A DNA stretch of 64,000 nt from assembly GCF_009914755.1 (NCBI RefSeq), contig NC_060937.1; one strand, 5' to 3'. The notes below the pieces were generated by a model. The model was not told where the DNA came from. It worked only from the letters and a program-made list of their open reading frames with translations, and searched no databases. Source of the stretch: the human T2T-CHM13v2.0 reference genome, Homo sapiens. This document shows, one piece after another, positions 1 through 15,589 of the stretch (its first letter is position 1; each line of letters starts with the position of its first letter). The position numbers and the translations under genes are program-made.

Positions 1-1589
1 AAGTGGATATGCAATGTTATCTGATACCAGAGACAGATATGATTGAAGCTGGCAAGAAGTGAAGAGCCTAGAAAGTGAGGCACTTTAAGCAACAAACACA
101 GATAATCTCCCCAACCCTCGAGTGTTCTGAACTAACAAGTATCAAGTTCTTATTTATAAAGCTTTGCCTTTGGAGTTGCAATGAAACTAGACAGAATTTT
201 TTTTTCCACAAGGTTCATTATTAAAAGTCATGTTGTACAGCTTAAATACACCTAATAGAAAATAAACTTAAAAGGCTATCTGGGGATAAAATAATGAAAT
301 ACTTTAATGAAAGTTGTTACAGTTTTTGAACATTGAAGTTAACATAAACATACTGCATGTTCATGGATAAATACTATAGCAAAATTGCCATCATTAAATA
401 CAATACCAAAGTGATATTAATTCTATCTGGAAGCAATTTACAAATTCAATTTAATTATAATTAATATTCTCATAGGGATTTTTATATGAAAATTATCATA
501 AGGTTATCTTTTTTCATTTTTGCCTTTCTTCATTTGATTGAAAAATTGAATGAAAATGCAAAGGAAACAAGTTCATCTATGTTTTCCTATTGACCATACA
601 TCTTTTTCCCCATGTTTCAGATTCTAAAGCAAATTGTGCAAATTTTCATTTTTTAAATAAATTGTTTAAAAAAAGTTTTAAAAAAGATTCGTTAGATTTC
701 TAATCACTATCCTCTAAACCACTTATCCAAGTGAAAATAAATCTAGCATAATTTAGTGGCTTGTTTTACATAGATTTATGTATACTTGGGGAAGGAATTT
801 ATTTGGAGAAATATTAAACAGAAGACACCAGTTGGCAGCCAGGTGTTACGTACTAGACTAGTATTTAGGATTCACTTCTTGAAAAACTGAATTCTTCATG
901 TAAAAAGATATTGGCCAAAATGGGTTTGAGGGCAATTAAAATGCTGTGTAACAATGCCTCTGACAGCATATACATGCATTATTAATTTTTATAGTGTTTC
1001 TATTGTATTGTATATATAGATGGAGAATCAGAGATGAGTAACTTTGAGATAATAATATCCAACATTAAAGACAGAAAATAATTTTGTTTATGCCTATGAT
1101 TTAGCAGTTTGATGTAAAGCAATAAAAGAATCAAACAAAATGGAAAACAAACAAAAGTTTCATGAAATTTACTGCAGAGAATTTTTAAAAATTTGAGAAA
1201 CAACATTTTGGAAATTGTTTTCCTGAGGCATCTGCAATTTCATAAGGTGCCTGTGTCAGGGTCCAAGAGCTCAGAGGTTTTTATAGTGACGTGAAGCTAT
1301 GAAACCATTGTTGTTGGGCTACGAGACAGTAGCCAGTACAGTAAAGCTCAGAGGTGGTCACATTTAGAATACAGTTTATTAAATCAGAGAAATATGCTGC
1401 CATTTTTAGATTAAGTACTTTAATAACAAAATATAAATCTAAAAAATGCATAAAGAGAAAACCTGCAATAATATAATGTGTTATTAAAATGCCAGAATAT
1501 CTTAAGATCAAGATCTGTCATTGATTTCAAAAACAATATTTTGATACTTATAGAATAAACTTTTCCTCCAAATTATCCTTTGTGAGAAA

Positions 1590-1666
1590 TGTCATGGTCA
1601 CACTGTAGAAATGATGTGAGCTGGGAAATATTAGTGTGGCCATCTTCGGAAAATACAGTGTGCCAC
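1590..1666 (-). mobile_element. MLT1-type (ERVL-MaLR) LTR 5' fragment
   Basis: GGCCATCTTCGGAAAATACAGTGTGCCACA is the reverse complement of the MLT1 LTR start (TGTGGCAGATTGTATTTTCCAAAGATGGCC). Confidence 0.6.
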
Positions 1667-1927
1667 ATAGAACAAAGCCACACTATAACAGGCAATATTT
1701 CCTGAGAAACACCTCTTGGAAACTAGTGAAAATTAAAACTTGGCCATAAGTTGACAGATGGCAATTGGTTGAATTTGAATTTAGTGAACAAAATAGATTC
1801 TTAGCAATCAGTCATAAAATCAAGTTTGTGAATAGAACATTATTAAGTAGAATTGATATATTTAGAATCAAGGTCTGAGTAAGTCCCAAAGGCCTGAGTC
1901 ATTTGCATTAACAGAAGGCCCACACCT

Positions 1928-2319
1928 TGTTATGGCATTATGTGTCAATTAAACTAGGCTATAGTACCTACACTTATTCAATCACTACACCAATCTAGGG
2001 TTTTGTCGTCAAGGTATTTTGTCAAGGTGGTTAACTTCTATAAGCAGTTGACTTTAAGATTATCTTCAATAATGTAGATGAGCTTCATCCAATTAGGTAA
2101 GGTCTTACAAGCAAAAAAAACAAATGAAGTTTCTGTAGAATAAATTTATTTTAAAGAATGAGCCCATGGAATCATGGGACTAACAAGCTGGAAATTCTTA
2201 AGGGAGTCCAGCAGTCCGGGAACTCAGGAATAATTATACATTCTTGAGGTAAAATTCCCTGAGGCTTTTCAACTGATTGGATTGCTTGTGCTTCTCTGCA
2301 GAACTCTAACTGATATACA
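1928..2319 (+). mobile_element. MLT2 (ERVL) solo LTR with internal inversion
   Basis: Starts TGTTATGGCATTATGTGTCAATTAAACTAGGCTATAGTACC and ends GAACTCTAACTGATATACA, both MLT2-like; the middle matches MLT2 on the opposite strand. Confidence 0.8.
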
Positions 2320-3186
2320 TTTACAGTGTCTCAACTTTTGCAGAAGTATTATACAATGGGAAAGAAATGGTTGAACAGCCATCTAGACTCTCCCCCTTTA
2401 CGGTGAGACCTCTCCTTGAATAAAAAGAAGGTAGCTTAATAAATCTTGATACAAATAGTTGATACAATTCCTTTCAGAATTCCTAAAGGAAGTTCCTAAT
2501 CAATAGGGTAAATGTTTTCAGCGGAGTGTGCCTAGGATTACCTTTGCCTAGAATTACATCTGCTAAACAAACATAGAATCTGGTAATTGAAGGGGCAAGA
2601 ATTATTGGGGAATTTTATGGCAGCAATAAAATAATCTAAGAAAAAATTGAGATATTTAACAGCAAAAATGTGACTTTTTATTCCAACTTGGAAAAGCGAA
2701 TCTTAATCTAGTTCATGGTGCATCCTAAAACAAGAATAGATTTGGGGAGCATAATTTGCGCTATTTCTCTGTCTCACCTGTGGCTTACAGTTTTTTGTAC
2801 TCCTAAATAACTGTCAGGAAAGGTTAATATTGCTAAATTCTCTGATCCATGTAAGTCTAATTTGACAATCCAGCTCATTAGACATTAAAAAATCCAATTA
2901 TTTAGAAATTTTGAAATATATGGATATATATGAGAAAATTAAAATTCCCTGTAATTCTATTTTTATGATGCAATTCTGTATTATAATTAATGTTACCTTA
3001 TTTCTCTTGTTCTTTCAAATACTATACCAATAGCATTATGCAACAGTCAGTATTCTGATAATCAGACATAATCGTTGGACACAATATGAGACAAGTCTCT
3101 TACTAAATGCCTTCTAAATTTCAGATTTAAGAACCAAAATAATTTATAATTTATGATGATTCATCCATTTAAATCCAACATTTTGA

Positions 3187-3515
<329 letters not shown>

Positions 3516-5304
3516 CTATATTCTTAAAATGTATGCTAATATTCAGGTCCTCTCTATCCTTGCAACTCATTAATATGTTTAAAATTAATCTAGGTATCAA
3601 GTAAAATTCATTATTTTTATAAATAATTTTAAGATTAAATACATAATGTGAATTAAAGTAATTATTTAATTATCCAAGTTTTTCTCATTTATAAACATTA
3701 TGTATGCCTTTCTGAAATACTCATCAGGCTTTTTTTCTTTTTATTTTCCTTTTATGGGGCTTGCTTAATAATTAGAAATAAAGAGTAGATACATTTATTT
3801 TTCAAAGTTAAACTCATACTAAACATAACAAATACTTTAAAAATGCTTATTATTTTATAAAATATATTTATGTGTATTTAATGAGAATATATCAAAAATG
3901 AATATATATTTAGTCAAAAGCAGGGATGAGAAACAAACTATCACTTGCTGAATATTTTTTCATTTCTATAGAAATTATAAATATAATATCCAATTTTTTG
4001 TTGTCCGTAAGTAATGTTAGCTGCCTTAGTTATTTGCTTATAGGTCTGCAGACACTTATTAATAGTATATTTAACTAGATATAGATAAAACTGCCAAATA
4101 ATTATATAAGAAGTAAAAACCAAAATTGAGAAAGAATACTATTTTTTGTTGAATAGCATTTTTCTGAATTCAATGTGGTGACTATAATTTTTATTGCTGT
4201 TCATAATTAAGGAAACTACATTAATTGCTTGATATTTTTGCATAAATAATGAGAAAAGCAATGTAGTTTTCTATTCTTAAGCATATGCTCCACATTTTTT
4301 CTCTAAATTGATTTCTGAATAGAAGATCCCACTTATACACATGTTATATGTAGTATGTCAGTTTTATTTAAAAAATACATATGGCTCTCATAGCATTGTG
4401 AAATGTATCTTTTGGATTAGTGAATATTTTAATAAGCCTTGCTATTATTCTATTCACAAAGCAGAATTACTTTTTAAATAAAATTATGTGCAAAATAAGA
4501 TCTTGAAAACAGGATAGGGCAGTGATATTGATGTTGGAAGTAACTGATCCACTCTACAGCTTACAAAGGTAAAGCAGTCTAAGTGGCAGGACATTTTCAT
4601 AATAATGCATCATTCTAGGAACACATATTTAGATAATTACTTTACCCAATTTCAGTAATTCACTTTGAAAAAAACAAAGACCAAACAACAAAAAAACTAT
4701 GTTACTTTTACTTCAAATCAAAAATTGAGGCTGAATCTTTTACATTTGGTCTTGCAGATATAAAGATTTTATCTACCTATGAATATAACTATTTCTATTT
4801 GAAAAGTAGTGATTGCATTGTGTACCTTTATGGGACACAGTATATGCATTAACATACGAATTTAATATCTGCACATCAACAATACAAATTAGAGAAGATT
4901 GCCCAGGATGATTTTGAGGAGAATGTTGTGAATAACCCATCTTTTCTTTTATATATAGCCAAAATTTTACATTTTTGCGGCCAGTAATTTGATAGATACA
5001 GACTTATAAAAATGACAAGCTCACATGTACCAGTGAGTTGCTTTCCAACAACAGTTTGTCATCTCTGTAAAAAGGAACAAGAAAATAACTCTTTTGAAAA
5101 AACATTAAAAATGTAGATTTTGTTACAAGGCAATAACATTTTTTGCATATATGGAATAACAATTTTAGTTATCTCAAAATCTATTCATGGTTTATAAAAA
5201 TGTTATGCTTTTTGTGCTTGCTAAGCTATTTGCTACATATATTCAGTATATGTCATTGCTCTTCAGCTAAAATTAATTATTAATAATTTTATCACCTTGC
5301 TCAG

Positions 5305-5665
5305 TGACATGGGTTGGCTGTGCTCCCACCCAAATATCATCTTGAATTGTAGCTCCCATAATTCCCATGTGTCCTGGGAGGGACCCAGTTGTCAGTAATT
5401 GAATCATGGGGTTGGGTTTTTCCCCTGCTGTTTATGTGGTAGTGAGTAAGTCTCACTAGATCTGATGCTTTTATAAAGCTTCCCTGCGCATGCTCCCTTT
5501 TGCCTGCCACCATCTAAGATGTAATTTTGCTCCTCCTTTGCTTTCCGCCATGATTGTGAGGGCTCCCCAGTCATGTGGAACTATGAGTCAATTCATTCTC
5601 TTTCCTTTATAAATTATGCAGTCTTGGGTATGTCTTTATTAGTAGCGTGAAAACAAACTAATACA
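5305..5665 (+). mobile_element. THE1B-like MaLR solo LTR
   Basis: TGACATGGGTTGGCTGTG...AAACTAATACA, 361 bp, with a perfect 5-bp TSD CTCAG (5300-5304, 5666-5670). Confidence 0.93.
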
Positions 5666-6159
5666 CTCAGGTTGTCAAAATATAAAATTATATTTATAGT
5701 TATACCTATTGAGATGATTAAGACATCAGTTAAATAGAGGTATGTGTCCATTTAGGTATATTTACCTAAAAAACTTTTAAAGACAATGTTAACTATTTGC
5801 ATAAATTATATTCTCATAATGTACTGAGTAATAAGGGCGTTTGTCATCTTTTAATGAATACAACAGAAATCCTATGTTTGGCTATGTTTTTGCATTGGGA
5901 ATCACAAATGCCTAAACATTGGCCCTGATCTCTTGTTCCTTCAGGATTTGGCTGCCTTGATTCTTCTCTTTTGCCTAGAGATATCATTTTATTTTCAGTT
6001 TTATTCGTTTATTTGTGATTCTGAAATGCAATATAATAATGGAATAGAATAGATCCTTTGAAAATGGTCTACACATATATTCATATTTAAGTTACATAGT
6101 ATATTCCAAACCAGATTTAAAAGATTGGAAATTAAAAGATATTCCATGAGATATTACAT

Positions 6160-6245
6160 ATCATGTGCTAGACACTATTCTAAGTATTTTTCCTCAAGTA
6201 AATCACTTAATCACTGCAACATGTTATTAATTATTATGATTCCAA
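6160..6245 (-). mobile_element. MIR fragment, split by the adjacent L1 (resumes ~7715-7790)
   Basis: TGTGCTAGACACTATTCTAAG...TTATTATGATTCC, then after the L1 TTAGAAAACAGAAGCAGAGAG...CACA: MIR core motifs. Confidence 0.55.
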
Positions 6246-6274
6246 ATTTTTTACAAAAAATTTTTAAATTTGCT

Positions 6275-7712
<1,438 letters not shown>

Positions 7713-7869
7713 TCAATTTGTATATTAGAAAACAGAAGCAGAGAGATTTTATGTTTTTTCTTCAGTCTCACAAAACTATATAAATAACATATTATGTTAG
7801 CAAAGGCAGTCTATCTCTGAAGTATATACATTATAAAGTTAAAAAGAATTCAAATAAAATTAGCATGCG

Positions 7870-8850
7870 ATATTTGTGACTAGGCAAGAGAAAATTTAAA
7901 CAAGACATAAAAAGCAAAAGAAACTTTGCTAAACTTGGTTACATCAAATTTAATTTTCTAACTCACTATAAACATTGTTAAAAGACAGGCAACAGACTGA
8001 GAGAAAACATTTGCCACATGTTTAACATGCAGAGAATTGATATCCTCTGGATATATATATCCAACAATGCAAATGTTGGATATAAATATATCCGACAATG
8101 CAAATTAGGAAAATAAAAAGCAACCCAATTACATAATTGGGAAACAATTATGAATGGAAGCCAATTAAATAGGAACAAAAATTGCCAGTAAAAAGGTGTA
8201 TCATCTCATTAATAGAAAGAAATGCAGATTAAAACGTTATTAGCATATTCTAACCATCATCTTTTAATAATGCCAAATGTTGTGGAGAGTGGAAATTGAG
8301 ATCACTCCACAGAAAGTACTTTGAAAAAAACTAATACATCGAAATATGCATTTTTAAAATACCTTAGCACTTATTTTCTTTTATTTATTTTCTAATAATT
8401 CTTCCTAATGTTCATGATAAAGTATGTACACTAATGCCCAAGGAAACATTTTTTTTCTAATAGTGAAAAAACTAAGAAAGCATAAGTGTACATTATTAGA
8501 AAATTATTAAACAAACTTAGGGCATAACCATATTGTGAAATGCAATGCAGAAAGGTCTTCACACATATATAACATATATAATATATATGCAATGTATAGA
8601 TATATATTTGAAATATTGAATATATTCCAAAAAATATAGACTAAATTTAAAATATAACACCAATTTTGCAAAACAAAGCACACACATGCACCAGTAGCAT
8701 GGATTTCTACTCTTAAATATGTGCACATACACACATAAGGTTAAAACATGTGTATATGCACATAAGCAGATAACAGTAATACCTACCTGGAGGAGAAGAG
8801 AAAGGCTGTAATTAGAGCTGTCAAAAGAGACTTCAGCTTAAGTGTACCAT
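7870..8850 (+). mobile_element. Ancient L1M (L1ME-like) ORF2 3' end and 3' UTR remnant
   Basis: AAAAGACAGGCAACAGACTGAGAGAAAACATTTGC and AGAAATGCAGATTAAAAC are degenerate L1 ORF2 motifs. Confidence 0.65.
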
Positions 8851-8924
8851 TTTAATTTCATAATAAATAATCACATTAATGTTATATTCAATATTAACAT
8901 TGGAGAGAAAAATCACTAAAATAA

Positions 8925-9075
8925 AAACATTCTCCCTCACAATAATATAATTTAATGATTTGAGAAGAAATTGATTTACGAAGTTAAGTAAAAACATCTG
9001 TACTGCACAGTTAGATAGTATGACATTCAAACCCATGCCATGTGTTCAAGTTTATGACTCTGACTCTTGAATGCA
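8925..9075 (-). mobile_element. MIR fragment
   Basis: GAAGAAATTGA...GAAGTTAAGTAA...CACAGTTAG...ATTCAAACCCA resembles the MIR core. Confidence 0.5.
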
Positions 9076-10867
9076 TGTAATATTTCTGGTTTCAGAGAGA
9101 TTCCCAATGAGCTCCTGCATCTCATAAATTATATAATTGTATCATCTCTTAATTCTTCAAAATATTTGACAATACAGTCCATATCTCATCAATTAAGCCA
9201 GATAGTCATATAAATAATTGATCCTAATTCCTTCAATGTCTTTCTCAAAGAACAGGATTGATTTTTTTAGGAAAATACTTGCTGGTTGGATGAAAGTATA
9301 ACATAGTGGCAGTGTCTCCTAAATATATAAATAACTAGTAAACAACAAAAATTATATATGATGTTCTTACAGAATATGTGCTCAATTCTCAAGCCATTGA
9401 AAAATAGAAGAGTTCAAACTGAAGTCATTTTGCCACATATAGTTTCCTTGCATGATTTCCCTTCCCCTTCCAGTGTTTAGACATAGCCTTCATCACTGTA
9501 CAAAAATATAAGAATCACTGGAATTAATTTATCATTTTTTAATCAGTACATATTTTATCCTAAGCTATTAAATTTGTATAATTTATATATTCTTAGTTTT
9601 CTTTTTATCTTAAGTAACACTTTAAAGTCAGTTGATCATTTTTGCTTTAAAATAATTCAAGTAAATCTTACATAACTAAAACATACAACAAAAAGAATCC
9701 AATTTTTCTACAGAAATCCTTTGTTAGGTCATTCTCTATTAACTTGAGGTGAATACAAATGAAAGAGAACAGGTTGCATTATTAAAAATCAATCCCATTA
9801 TGGACTACGGCACCATATTTTTTGTAATGCCATCTTGATATTATGACTGAGAAAAAGAAAACTCTAAACAAACCTAAACACATTTTAAGCAGTTGTAGAG
9901 TAGTTCGCTGTTGAGTTTACAGGAGAAATAAGTCAGAAATATTATTTAATGCATCATAGTTAGTGTCAATGTATTTACTATTTATTTAAACATGTTGACA
10001 TTTGTATTTTCTCTAAAATTAAATGTAGTAGGTATTTAGGATGCAATGAATTTAAAACTTGGTGACTCAGAGAAGAGATTACAAAACATGAATATAAAAT
10101 GTCCATATGTGCCAATGTTTTAATATGAAAGTTGATTAAAATTAAAACAAATACTATAGATCGAGGGCTTTATTCTTTAAAGGAAAGTCTATTTAGAGAA
10201 TTGCAAGATATTGGTATTAGTTGTTGAGGAAATTGGAACACAGTGTAATATATATAACTGATAAAAAATTTACGATGAAATAAAAGCAGCACAGCCGTTG
10301 ACATTTTATAAGTGAATGCAAATATTTAGAAAAATGAATACTTTTATATATATCATTTTCTATCTTTTAATATCCAAAACACAACATTTGCTACTCCAAC
10401 TTTTGGTAAAGAGCACTATTATAATTGATATGATATAGATTAACAATACCAAAAGTACTATCAAACATGTACTTCAGTCGACTTTATAGTATCACATTGA
10501 TTGTTGGCAATAATAACTACTTATCTACCTACCTAAATTATTTTATTTCTATAAGGATTTTTTTCAATTTGGTACCAATTATTATCATTGGCTAATGTTA
10601 TTGTCATAGACTTGTAATCAATTTAAACATCCAGATCCCAATTGTTCAGTTTAAATTAATACATTTTGTGAAAAATGACTAAAAACTTCATCTCTTGTTC
10701 TTAACCAATTAATTGATCACTTGGGCCCCTACTTAGTATTTTATTAGTAGCTAAATGTTCATAAATATATTTTCAAATGACTTAGTACTTAAATTTTAAA
10801 GCATTTCTACAACTCTTGTCTTCTAGACAACACTGTGCAATTATTATTATCAGTCCTTTACAAATCA

Positions 10868-11283
10868 TAGTAGACACAATTATTGTTCAGCAAGTAACAT
10901 TCCTTTCCTCCATCTTCATCTCTGTGGGAGGAGCTCTCTTCCTTCACTGAAGCTGGATTCAGTCATTAATTTGCTTTGACCAAAGAAGGGCCATGGATGT
11001 GGTGCAAGCACAGACTTGAAATGCATTTACAGGTTTGGACTTTTCCTTCATTTCTGCTTCCACTGTCATGAGACAAATCTACTTCAAATAGCTTCTGGAG
11101 GAAGAATGCTAGACCTCTGGAGCAGACTTGGATCCACCTGTCTCTTGGGAACCGAGTCTGGCTGAATGCAGCCTAGATGGACTTAACACAAGCCAACACA
11201 GCAATGTAAGTTAAAAATAAATAATGATTGTTTTATGTCACTGAAATGTTGTTGCTTGTACACAACAAAAGCTGACCCAAATA
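10868..11283 (+). mobile_element. MLT1J-like MaLR LTR
   Basis: TTGCTTTGACCAA...GACTTGAAATGC...GGAGCAGAC...CAGCCTAGAT...AATAAATAATGATTGTTTTATGTCACTGA...AAAAGCTGAC. Confidence 0.7.
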
Positions 11284-12979
11284 GGTTATACAAATTACTT
11301 AAAGGAAGTAACTTTCTTTATATTATACATGTTATTAGAGAGCCAACTCCTTTTTGCTTTTTAAATTAAACTAGAGGCTGTTTTTTGGCATTAGCATTAT
11401 AAATTACAAGCAAGACTTAAGCATATATTTATCACTGAATATAATACATGAAAATTATAAAGACAAATTTAACTGTTAATACTGTGGATTGGAGTAGACA
11501 CGTATAGATATATAAAGGGTATCAAATAGAATGAGCATGTAAAACCATGTTTTGGTATTTACGTTTCAATAATTGATACTCTTCACTAACAAATAACTGC
11601 GTGCTCACTATTTGCATTTCCCTTGAAGACTATCAGCATAGCTATTTATCTACCAACGTAGATTTCTCTGATCTCATAGCCCATGTACTCAACGACTATG
11701 CAATATCACTAATCATATTTTGTAGGAAAGAATATTAGAGAGAACTCACAATTTTCAAAATTTTGCTTCTTCCATATAAATATGCACCTGTAATTTCTTC
11801 CATGTCTAATAATTTTGCTTCTATTAGAATCAAAATATCTTGAAATAAGGATTAGATAATAGAGTACTCTCTCTAATAGCCTCTCATTAGTGCCTACTGA
11901 ATCAACTGCTGAGTTAGTCCTATGTAATCATATTAAAAGTGCCTAACAGTAACCTGTAATTATCTAAAAGCTGTAGTGAACAAAAAGAAATTAACAATAG
12001 TCAGAGATACTTCTGACTGTAAAGAAATACATGACTAAAGGACATTTAGGATATTCAGATGTAATATACATATTGAAGTCAACTCAAAGCAAGTTTTGGC
12101 TACTCAGCTTGCAAGGACATCACACATGTAGTTACTTTGAATAGTTTTAATGACCCATGGCTAAAGTCCTTATTCCTAGAAATTAAACAAAAGGTACAAC
12201 ATACTGTTGGCAAAATAAAAAAGGAACAGCAACTAAAAGTGATGAAAATGGTAATTTCCATTTATAATTTAAACAATTTCCTGATTGCATTTTTATGTTT
12301 AGGTAAGTGATGACAGTTTCTTTCAGCAAAAGCAACACGGAATATTTTAAACCATGGCACATGCTCTAATTTTCAGAGCATGAGAGAGAATAACTGGGTT
12401 TTGTATTTTATACAAATTAATTATTAATAGTCGAGTAACATTTATTATTTTTATGCTCAATAATTAATGTCAAAACTGTTGTTGAAAAAGTATTTCTCAG
12501 ATTTTTTCCAGTTCATAGGAGGTCACTATCAACATGGATAAGTTTGCCCATTCTTAATGCAAATACTTTGTAAGAATTCCCAAATACCTATCTCCATGAG
12601 TAAACTAAGAAGCATTCAAATCAACTTTTTGTGTTTCATGGAAATAGGAATTAAAAATGCTTAGATTTTTGCATGCCCTTTACTAAATAATAATTTGAAA
12701 ATAAAGTTTAAATTAGTAGTGTTTTATATTGTGTTTGCCATTTAGTAAGCCACTTGATAAACTTTGTTTTCTCTTGTTGTATCTCCAGGAGCAAACAGCT
12801 TCATTGATAAGTATATATTTTAAATGTGAATGGTAGAAATGGAAAGTAATAAAAAAGAGATCACACATAGATAGCTTTAGTCTCTTTTTATTAAATTATT
12901 TAAGAAATATGATATTACTCAGAGGACTAAATGTATAAACACGAATGGCTTACCACATCAGCTAGAAGGCAGTTAGACT

Positions 12980-13205
12980 CATTATGGCCAGAACTATGCT
13001 AAACGACTTTCACACATTACACATATGATACTTAAAACAAAGAAGGTTATATTGTAATTACCATGTTAGAAATGAGATGATCTCATGCTGTGAAATTTCA
13101 CTAAATTTAAATCACTCAACTTCCCCAATTTAAAAATGGCAGCATTTAAATGCAAATATACATTTGTCTAATCCCAAAGCCCATGCATTTAATTACTATG
13201 CAATA
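12980..13205 (-). mobile_element. MIR
   Basis: GCCAGAACTATGCTAA...GTCTAATCCCAAAGCCCATGCATTTAATTACTATGC is a typical antisense MIR. Confidence 0.6.
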
Positions 13206-15589
13206 TCAGTAATCATGTTTGGTAGGAAAGAATATTAAAGGAAAACTATTAACTTTGTCAGATTTTATTAGTATAGAATTAAGGGAAAACAAAATGAGTT
13301 TTAAATGGTGTGAATTAATGTACCAGTGAAGGGTAGTCAACATTACAGGAGTATGAAAAGCGCATTATAGTTGTGATCAATAAACTAGCAGAGCATTATG
13401 TTTACAGGAGCAGTTACATTAGAAAAAGAATAATTCAAAAGTTGTTTTATGAAATTTCAGCCTCTCTTCCAGAACAGATGTGATTGCTAAAGGAAATAAT
13501 ATAATCTAATTATATTATTAAGTAATGAATATAGAAGAGTAATCAATAATCACGCTGAATTTACCCAGTTTATCTATGAAATAGATATGATTAAGATACT
13601 CATGACAAATACAAATTAATGTTTATACTCTTATAAGTATCTTAAAGAAGGCAAAAACAAAATTCAAGTTATTGAATATGCAATTTTCACACTGAACTAA
13701 CTATAACTGTTTAGTCCAAGAATGTTCTGTTGGCCCAAGAGAGAGACTTCAGCCTAAACCACTGAATTGAGGAAAATTATCGAACTGAATGTTCTCAGCA
13801 AATATTTTCTTCAGGTTTCAACATGCTGGATCTCATTTAATACCTAAATTGTCATTGTTTTCTTTCTATTAGATGTTAAATCATGCAGAAATTTTATTTC
13901 ATCTTTTTGACACATTTTCCTGCTCCTGCAAGCATAGAAGATTGTTTTCTTTGCCAAAACTTGCCTAACACATGAAAAAATTTTTCAAAGTAGCTAGAGG
14001 CATTAAGGCTTATTTTGTTGTTGTGGATTTTTTTTAGTAATCTGATAAGGAATGTAGATAAGATTAAATAAAAATTAGTGTATTTTGAGCATAAGAAATT
14101 ATATCTCATTTTTAAAAATAACAGGGAGACTTAGCTAGGACTCACTGAGCAGATGGAAGCATTGATGATCAAAAATGTAATTTATGTACATAAAACTGCA
14201 TAATATCCCAGAATAATATCAAATATACATAAAGTTATTTGATGCTTTTATTGAAATGTATTAAAAACAAATGGAGTAGGAAATAAGAAATTGGGTATTT
14301 GGGACATCTTCATTGTGTTTTGTCATGTATTTGCCAGTGTTAATTTCCTGTTAATCGATAGTAGAAATTACAACCTTCTATTGCTAGAGGTCTAATTGAC
14401 CAGATTGATCAATTTATGCACTAAAAATATGCGCTTACTCTTTTACTTTGCAGGTCATACTACATAATACAAATTAGCCATTACTAGTTTCCATGAGAAA
14501 GGCTGAATATGTCTATTTTTTTTTATTAAGATACACTACGCATACTGTAATCATTCCAGTGAACAGTGCGGGTTTTTCTCAGAGACTGATGGGCTTTTTA
14601 GCCTTAGCTCTTCCCTGTTTTATAGCAGAGGCAGGCAATTTCAAAGTTAAGAAACTTCCATCTCCAAAAATATAAAAGTGTCCTGTGTCCCCCCAAAATA
14701 CCAGTTGGATCTTAATCTCTAAAATCAGCATTCAAACAAATACCAGCTCATAACATGATCTCCACATTTACCAAATGAGTCTCTTTGCTGAAGAATTCTT
14801 ATGAAATAATAATATAATTTTAGAGTATAAAAATGTATTCCATGTATCAAAACAAAAATCAATACAGAACAATAACAATATGGATAAGTGGCATAGATCA
14901 TGGGGATCTGCTTGGACTGTCTCTGCTAACTGTGCTTTTGAATTACAGGCAATACTGATGTGGCAGCATTGATGTGTTTAATTGCATCGGCAGATTTTCT
15001 CGTGTCACACTCTTTTTCTGTTCCTAACATAATTCTTATTTAATGATAATTGCTTTATATTGTGAGCAAATAATTATTTATAATTAGTGAATATTTATCT
15101 TAAATATTTATTTTTATCAACTTCCATAAGTAACATTGATTTACATTATTAAATTCTTCAATAGTCATTATTCAGTTTGGTACCAAGTGTGCATTAAATG
15201 AAGGGAACATTATCCAAATTTAAATTTTTCTGGAACAAAATGAACGTTTAACATGTTTTAAACAGTAAAAACATACAAATGGAACACATGTTAATGTTTC
15301 TGGAGGAGATGCATTGGTGGGTTATTGATGTCATTTTAATTTCGTTGCTGACTATTGATACTCAAGTTTCCTATTTCTTCTTGATCCATGTTTACATTTT
15401 ACATGTGCTTTCTTGATAGTGATCCACTGCATCAGAATTTTCAAAATAATTGACATAAATTTGTGCATGATGTATTTGTAAATAAGAATGATTTGTAATA
15501 TTGTGAGGATTGTCAGTTGTTAAAATATTAAAATACCCCTGTACCTATTCATACGTAACTGCTGCCTCAGTACTAGAAGAATCCCTTCA

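Noticed and set aside
1268-1353. Recurring AGCTCAGAGGT (also at ~46740)
   Set aside because: An 11-mer with no flanking homology; not enough to support a call.
4871-4911. U6 snRNA-like words (GCACAT, GAGAAGATT, GCCC, AGGATGA)
   Set aside because: The match needs several large gaps and has no TSD or tail; probably chance. An Infernal search with the U6 model would settle it.
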